From the NCBI GenBank assembly GCA_030141605.1, contig JAQGDQ010000350.1, positions 1-36,693 of the forward strand: a DNA stretch of 36,693 nt. Reading direction: 5' to 3'. The stretch's first letter is position 1, and each line of letters begins with the position of its first letter. The position numbers and the translations under genes are program-made. The stretch is from Tubiluchus corallicola. Its lineage: Eukaryota > Animalia > Priapulida. Under the pieces are notes generated by a model. That model ran no database searches, had not been told where the DNA came from, and saw only the letters and a program-made list of their open reading frames with translations. Below, piece after piece: positions 24,101-33,100 of this stretch.

Positions 24101-27100
24101 TGTTTTTTTGTGTTTTTCTATTCAGATATTGGGATTTCTGTGTAGAACCTTTTTATATTATAAATGTTATTAAGTTTTACAAATTTTGTTTTATAAAATG
24201 AATTGCATTAATAGTCTATGGAACTGAAGAAGTCAATACACTGTGGCAGGGGCTAGAGCTGATTGGTCAAATCATCACTGATTTAATCAGATTTCCTGCT
24301 TAAAGCACAAGAAAACCCTTCATAAACATAAAGCGTGAAAAATTCGTTCTGAAATTTTATATCACTTACATACTGCCTTTTTTCATGCAGGACTTCAATC
24401 AGCAGTCACGCTGTATAAAACATGTAAATTTAAAGTGACCGTTAGATGCAGCCATTTTCAGGACAGGTCATTTGGAACAAGTTTAGATAACATTTTGTAA
24501 AGTTTGAAAAATAATCAGAGCATTCGTAACGCACAAGTCACAACCTAATTAAAATTCAAAATTATCGTATGTTGTCAATAAGATTAAAAATACGTTTTTT
24601 GGTTAGTGAGTTGAAAAAATATGAATTACCGTATTTATTCTAGTATAACGCGCACATGTGTATAACGTGCACCCCTAATTTTCAATTAAAAATCGGTATA
24701 AAATTTTGTTTCACTTTTTCTCGGCTCAGACCAAGCATCGTAAGTGACAAACGTTGTTGAACAACTCCAGTCTCTAACATTCGTCTCTGGTACAGTGAAT
24801 TCTGGGCTAGCTGCTCGATTTCCGTGGGCCAGGCACCGTCTGACAAAGTCTGCTGATGACGCAAATATTATTGATTATTTCCTTAGCTACGCCTCACCCC
24901 AGCCCTCGTTTATAACTTTGAGTTCTTTTTTTGGTAGATAATTTTGCGCGTTATACTCGAATAAATAACCGTACATCACATGTTGTACAACAGTAAAACT
25001 ATTTGTTAATTGTTGGAGGTTTTGTCTGCATTGCAGTGGTATCATGTGAGTTGCTTTCCGGATTTCATTATACAATGTTGTTGTGTTTGTAGTCCGAATC
25101 TAAGATGACTATATTACATCCTGTTTGCTACCTAAGTACAACTTCTACTTAAGGCTCTAGCCTTTATATGAAGTTTTGAAATTCATTAAATGCAAAGTGG
25201 CTGCTAACACGAGTTCAGTCGTGACAGCTTTTCTGAATAAAAGGCCTAAAATATTTATTACAAGGTACATTAACTAGTTTAATTTTTTTTGTTGATAATC
25301 TGGTAGATGGCACTGTGGTGTTGTTAACTTTCAGCATTTCGATGTGAATGTGGATGGCGACTGAAGTTAAGCAACATCAATGCAAGTCAGTGAATTGTTC
25401 ACAACTCCTTGGGTTTAATACTTATTGTGGATGATTTTGTTCCAGCAATTTCAATTTACCTTTGTAGAGAGAGAGGACATATAATATCCACACGTGGCTA
25501 AAATGCCACCGTCGATTCACAGTCACATATGAATGGAATGTCATTGATTTTCAGCAATGTTTCAGTTTAGCGACCAGCTATTTCAAATAGGCTGTGCCAC
25601 TCAGTGTTGGGTTCTGGCTTTCAGTGTGTTGAAGTGTGCAAAAATAGCATGTTGTGAGCCATACAAACTTGTGAGTAGCCGTGCAAGCAGGTGAGCAGCT
25701 GTGCAAGCAGGTGAGCAGCTGTGCAAGCTGGTGAGTAACCGTGTAAGCTTGTGAGTAGCTTTGCCAGCTGGTGAGTAGCAGTGCAAGCTTGTGAGGAGCT
25801 ATGCCAGCTGGTGAGTAGCCGTGCAAGCTTGTGAGTAGCTATTCCTGCTGCTGAGTAGCTGTGCAAGCTTGTGAGTAGCTATGCCAGCTGGTGAGTAGCT
25901 ATGAGTGCTGGTGAGTAGCCGTGGAAGCTTGTGAGTAGCTATGCCTGCTGGTGAGTAGCCGTGCAAGCTTGTGAGTAGCTACGCCTGCTGGTAAGTAGCC
26001 GTGCAAGCTTGTAAGTAGCTATGCCTGCTGGTGAGTAGCTGCACAAGCTTGTGAGTAGCTATTCCTGCTGCTGAGTAGCTGTGCAAGCTTGTGAGTAGCT
26101 ATGCCAGCTGGTGAGTAGCCGTGCAAGCTTGTGAGTAGCTATGAGTGCTGGTGAGTAGCCGTGCAAGCTTGTGAGTAGCCGTGCAAGCTTGTGAGTAGCT
26201 ACGCCTGCTGGTAAGTAGCCGTGCAAGCTTGTAAGTAGCTATGCCTGCTGGTGAGTAGCCGTGCAAGCCTGTGAGTACCTATGCCTGCTGGTGAGTAGCC
26301 GTGCAAGCTGGTGAGTAGCTGTGCAAGCTGGTAAGTAGCCGTGCAAGCTTGTGAGTAGCTATGCCAGCTGGTGAGTAGCTGTGCAAGCTTGTGAGTAGCT
26401 ATGCCAGCTGGTGAGTAGCCATGCAAGCTTGTAAGTAGCTGTGCAAACTTTGAGTTTTTAAAATGATGTATTTTTCAGAGTCGAACTTTACTCTTCTCGA
26501 AGCGGACTTACCAATGTCTGAGGAATTCACTATTGTGCTAGGTGTGAGTAAACCCCTTAAAAAAATGATGTATGTTAACCAAATTGTGAAGATTGTACCA
26601 AGACCTCCCCCAGTTATTGAAATTAGGTAAGATTCTTTTCTCTTTTGGACTTTACTCCCTTAGGACATCAAGTGTTTAGGTCTTCAGCATCCTTCTGTCT
26701 TTTGGTTTGAGTTTAAGCCAGTTATACGTGAACCGCTTAGGTGTCATCCCAAGGACATATCCAGAACAGGAGTAAACAGGTAGAAAAATTGGAAGAGGAC
26801 CATTATATAAACAGTCACTTGACCATACACTGAAGGTAAGTCTTTTAGTAGAATGTTGCAAGATTAGCACCTAGATGGCAGCACTTCACTACAATCTATA
26901 AATACCAACGCCCGCAAGATCGTAGAAGAATCCTAACAAAAGTACAAAAGTGCATCCTGTTCTTTTTTTGTTCGGGCTCTTCTACTGTCTTCAATTTCAA
27001 GGTGTCCCATATTGCTCACATAAACTTTGCGGAAGAAACCTGTAATGGGTAATCCATTTGTAAGCAAGAATAAAAGCAGAATTCTTCCTTAAAATATTCA

Positions 27101-30100
27101 CGGATCCGGTCTCCGGTTTTTGTTGCATTGACATTTTCAGTAATGGATACCAAACCGATTAAAATCTATAATTCCAAAGCCGTCTTTTTTATTTAAACCT
27201 ATCGATGCCGAAAAGCATGTTATCTTCCTCGTGTAGATGGGTGTTAAAGTCTAATGACACTAACGAAGCAGTTAACCTATCCACGAAATTTATTCTGGAC
27301 ATTTAGATTGTCCGGGAACCCATCCCAAGCAGATCAAAATGTACAAACAAAAACAAAATGGATCTAGTTTAGAAATTTAAATTATCAGCCAAGAAAGTGT
27401 CCAGAATAAATTTTATGATTACCTCATTGTTGGTCTTATTATTCCTTAAAATCTGTCTAATACTAATTGGTAACGAACTGTAGATGGTACCTCGCCCACA
27501 AGGGTTAAAACCACCCACGTTGGTTCGGTACCAGCGGATGCGGATACCTAGCAGGTTATAACTCTTCTAACATCCATCCATGAAACAACAGAATGACGTG
27601 TAAGAAAAACGATACCTTTATTGGAAAATTACATGAAGTAGATTCAAAAATAATGATGAAATAGAGTTTACAACGTCATGGATTACACCAGGTGTGTGCA
27701 AATTGCAGCCCGTGGGCCACTTGCGGCCCGCCGAGAGAATTTGTGCGGTCCGCGAAGAGATTTGTCAACCTAATGAAAGTGCGGCCCGGGCGATGAATTG
27801 AGTGTATCCAGCTGAAGTCCGTGCCACGATCACAAAGATAGTGCAGGTAGTTTTTTCTACTAGATCGGATGCCATTAACCCTTACAAGACGGTTGTAGCT
27901 TAATGTCACTGTACTACACAGACTGTGTGATACACATTACTAATATCCATCGTAATGAAATTACCACTATCTGTCCTGAAAGTAGAAATATATGGTTCGT
28001 AATATAAATTTTAATAACTTCTAAAATAGTTTCTTGAGTGTAGTAGTAATGATGTGCGCAGGTCGGATGCAAAAAAATCGTTATTAGGCCTGTCTGTACT
28101 TGGCTCCTTGATCAAACTGCCTGTGGCCCGCAGGAATTGCGGGAAAGTTTAATGTGGCCCTGCTAGTCAGATAATTTGCACACCCCTGTGTTACACTAAC
28201 TGAACCAGTAGAAGATTGCTTTTATACAGGACAGATGCATAACATGGCTTCAGCAGAAACTTACATTTAGCATGAATGGGGGGGGGCTCATTACACTATC
28301 GGACTCCGTTTACATTCCATTACAGTATATAATGCTATCTGCTAAGTAGTATAAACTAACTATTAATTAGTAACAAGATTTATTTAGTTAATTATTAGCT
28401 AATAACGTGTCTTATCCATTTTTTCTTCTCAGGTGTCATAAGAACTGTGAATTGAAGGTCGTACGTGAACAACCATTGGTGTTGTCAGCTTCGTGCATCA
28501 CCTGTCACGAGGACACCATTCCTTTTGTCAAATACACCTGGATTATGAGGAAAGTGGAAGCGGGCGGATTTTTGATGGATCTAAATTTCCACCAAAGCTC
28601 ACACTCACCCAAACCTGAAATCATACTAATTAAAGAGAACACTCTTAATGAAGGTGTCGCATACTCACTGTTAGTTGAAGGTATGTTTTCTGGCTTTATT
28701 TTTCTCCACTAAAATCTTACAGATCCTGAGTATTTTAGTGGCTGAGTTTACACTGGTCCACAATTCATGTTCTTTGTCATACACGGAGCTATTGTTCATT
28801 TCTGCAGAGGGTTTTTCAGTTAATTATTGAATTAAAAGTTGGCATCTTTGCACATATTTAGGTTTTGAAATGTATATATTTAGTTTTATATTTTTAGTTT
28901 TTTTTAGTATATATTAAGTTTTTAGAACACTGCCAAGTATTCTGTGGAATTGTCTATGAAAGAAGCATTTCATGTAATGACAAAAAATCCTCTGTAAACC
29001 AGAAATAGAGGGATAGTCATTTGAACTGGTGTTAAGTTAATTTCATACATGTATTCGGTGTGGTTTCTCTGTACAATTATTTCCCATTTTGTGTAAGATG
29101 TACAAAATTTCGTGATTTTTCACATTTGCCTTCAACAGGTGGCAGCAGCATGAAATCACATTTATTTTCAACCAGATTTGAATGGCAAATGTGAAACTGT
29201 TTGTTATTGTTGTCTTTTGTATTGGTTCTCTTCGACGATCATGTTATATTGGGTTGGTAAAAATATGCTGAGCTCTAGGTTTAGAGTTCAAGTCTATTTT
29301 ATTTTATGATAGATCGCTTTTCTGTCTTCACTGCTTTAAATCATAACACATTGATAAGAGATATGAATGATAAGAGATAACCTTCTCCAGTTAGCCAAAC
29401 TTTGAAGCAGTTTAAACCTGCTTCACCAGGGATAGAGTGCATGAAAGACAGAGTGTTTACAGAGTGACTGCCCAAATGTTACTGCCTCTGTGTCAGCTTT
29501 TTCGTCGACTTTTTTAACAACAAAATGCTTCACTGTATTAAGAAGCTTGTTTAACTAGGTGACATTCATGAGGTATCACTTGGTACAAGCAATTACTAAG
29601 TTAATGTCCCAGAGGTGATGGTTTGTAGAAAACAAGAAGCAGCAAATAGTTCAGAGAAAACAGAAATCAGTAACCCTATAACATGTTCGCTTGCATTTGT
29701 TTGATAATTTTTATAATAAGTTTACTGTAAAGAACATCACGGCGTAACCAACAAAACTGAATGAATTGATGGTTGATTTCAGGACTACTTCCCAGTGAGA
29801 ATGCTGGAAATGTAACTTATGATTTCTTAGTAAACCATCCGCCAGTCGGAGGCAATTGTTCTATCGCACCACCACAAGGTAAAATGCTTTTTACGATTTT
29901 CTTTTTAGGGTTTAAACCTGCTTGCCATTTTATTTTATAAAGGTTTTCTAGTCCACAGCAAAGTTTTGAGAGTGTTGTAAAATATTTAAGTAATTAAATT
30001 ATGACTGTGATTGCCATAATTTTATAAATCATTACAGTTTATCTTAATCGTTAAACCATTGCGAGTAACTAATTGGGAAAAGAAAGAAGATTCCAAAAAA

Positions 30101-33100
30101 TTAAGGGCTATATGGGATTTGAACCTGAGACAAGGGATTAGTTACTCCCATGCTGTACCAGTTGAGCTACCAATCAACATGACAGAGCAGGACCTAGACA
30201 TTGTAGTAACAATGAAGTGGTCAGGTATCAAGTTGACCGCTATCGTGGACCTAAACTTGTCATTGCAAATCATCTTGATTGGCAGAAACTTTTCTGCCCG
30301 TCCGCTATGAAATACAGTCCTCGCGTGACAACACTAATTCATTCCAGCAAAATGAGATTTTAAGTAAAATGTCATTAAAGGAGACCAAAACTTCTTATAA
30401 AAAGTAATGTAAAAGAACCAACATACGTACCAGTGGCAAAAATTAATGCTGCTTAAATTCATATAAATTAAATATATTAAATTAAATTTAATTTTACGAG
30501 TTTCTTTATGGTTTCTACTTGTGAAAGTCATGTTTAAAGTTGTAGATCACTCACTTTGTAGAACAAGAATAAAAAACTATACTACATATTTGCACAAAAC
30601 TGAAAAGTGTTTATTAGACTACATACACATCTGTAGAATGACTGCTGCACTCAACACTGAGAATGAGAGTGTCCTGCACTGAACACTGAGAGTGAGACAG
30701 GTGTGTAGCACGACTGCTGCACTCAACACTGAGAATGAGAGTGTCCTGCACTGATCACTGAGAGTGAGACAGGTGTGTAGCACGACTGCTGCACTCAACA
30801 CTGAGAATGAGAGTGTCCTGCACTGAACACTGAGAGTGAGACAGGTGTGTAGCACGACTGCTGCACTCAACACTGAGAATGAGAGTGTCTTGCACTGAAC
30901 ACTGAGAGTGAGACAGGTGTGTAGCACGACTGCTGCACTCAACACTGAGAATGAGAGTGTCCTGCACTGAACACTGAGAGTGAGACAGGTGTGTAGCACG
31001 ACTGCTGCACTCAACACTGAGAATGAGAGTGTCCTGCACTGAACACTGAGAGTGAGACAGGTGTGTAGCACGACTGCTGCACTCAACACTGAGAATGAGA
31101 GTGTCCTGCACTGAACACTGAGAGTGAGACAGGTGTGTAGCACGACTGCTGCACTCAACACTGAGAATGAGAGTGTCCTGCACTGATCACTGAGAGTGAG
31201 ACAGGTGTGTAGCACGACTGCTGCACTCAACACTGAGAATGAGAGTGTCCTGCACTGATCACTGAGAGTGAGACAGGTGTGTAGCACGACTGCTGCGCTG
31301 AACACTGAGAATGAGAGTGTCCTGCACTGAACACTGAGAGTGAGACAGGTGTGTAGCACGACTGCTGCACTCAACACTGAGAATGAGAGTGTCCTGCACT
31401 GAACACTGAGAGTGAGACAGGTGTGTAGCACGACTGCTGCACTCAACACTGAGAATGAGAGTGTCTTGCACTGAACACTGAGAGTGAGACAGGTGTGTAG
31501 CACGACTGCTGCACTCAACACTGAGAATGAGAGTGTCCTGCACTGAACACTGAGAGTGAGACAGGTGTGTAGCACGACTGCTGCACTCAACACTGAGAAT
31601 GAGTGAGAATGAGAGTGTCCTGCAGACAGGTGTGTAGCACGACTGCTGCACTCAACACTGAGAATGAGAGTGTCTTACACTGATCACTGAGAGTGAGACA
31701 GGTGTGTAGCACGACTGCTGCACTCAACACTGAGAATGAGAGTGTCTTGCACTGATCACTGAGAGTGAGACAGGTGTGTAGCACGACTGCTGCACTCAAC
31801 ACTGAGAATGAGAGTGTCCTGCACTGAATACTGAGAGTGAGAGTGTCCTGCACTGAACACTGAGAGTGAGACAGGTGTGTAGCACGACTGCTGCACTCAA
31901 CACTGAGAATGAGAGTGTCCTGCACTGAATACTGAGAGTGAGAGTGTCTTGCACTGATCACTGAGAGTGAGACAGTGACTAGAAAGTAAATCCAGTCATT
32001 ATATATAGGTATAGGTGACTATGCATACTTGGCTTCACAAAAACCATAACTGTAAAATAGGGAGAGATCCAGTGAATATGCATTCACTGTACCGTACAAT
32101 TATACTGGGGGTGAGTTTAGCTAGTAAAATGTAAAAGGATTAGTTCATAGATGGCAGCACCTAAAAATATACAATTACAACTTCCACACTACTAATTAAT
32201 TTCTGCTTGCTTGAAACCAGCTAGCTACCTGGCTAGTGGTTTCTCTTTCATTAGGTTTAAGCCTAGGAAGCCATTAAACAATAAACACTGCAGAGTCAAA
32301 GTCAAGCGCTGTATGAGACAAGCTTGGAAATTTTATCATACCAGAGCATTGTATCGTATACCATGATACCATACCTGTATCATTTACTACCTGGTCTGAT
32401 TGCTATTTTAACAGGCTGCAGGTAGAATTCCTTCTCACAAAGTTTGTTCACAGGTCTCCCTTGATAGAAATGGCAGCTAGTATAGTAGTCAGTCAGGAAG
32501 CAAAAACATGTATAATAGTGGCACTGTTTATGTTAGTAGTGCACTTTTAGAATAGAATAGCGCAGTACATGCCGTTTTAGTGCTTTAAATTGAGTAAAAA
32601 ATGATCAAATGAAAATTGGCTTTCAGCAAAGTGCAAAAAAATTGTTGTTAAAATAAAACGTCCCTAAATTGGAAGTTGTTAAGAGAGAATTAACTGTTGT
32701 TCAAAAATAACGTTGTAACCAGTAGAATGACCGTCAATGTATAATTCCACTCTGTGTGCTCTGTATTTTACCAGTAGAATGACCGTCAATGTATAATTCC
32801 ACTCTGTGTGCTAACCAGTAGAATGACCGTCAATGTATAATTCCACTCTGTGTGCTCTGTATGTAACCAGTAGAATGACCGTCAATGTATAATTCCACTC
32901 TGTGTTGTAACCATTAGAATGACCGTCAATGTATAATTCCACTCTGTGTGCTCTGTATTTTACCAGTAGAATGACCGTCAATGTATAATTCCACTCTGTG
33001 TGCTCTGTATGTAACCAGTAGAATGACCGTCAATGTATAATTCCACTCTGTGTGCTCTGTATGTAACCAGTAGAATGACCGTCAATGTATAATTCCACTC

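Noticed and set aside
25358-25393. Short 5S A-box-like stretch (ctgaagttaagcaacatc)
   Set aside because: Too short and degenerate to call. It may be an old SINE fragment.
30619-31961. 324-aa and overlapping ORFs
   Set aside because: They arise because the 72-bp unit is a multiple of three and lacks stops in those frames.
25300-32162. Three tagatggca(g)c motifs resembling CTCF sites (about 25304, 26872 and 32148)
   Set aside because: Only partial matches to the consensus, and they cannot be assessed without a PWM scan or ChIP data.
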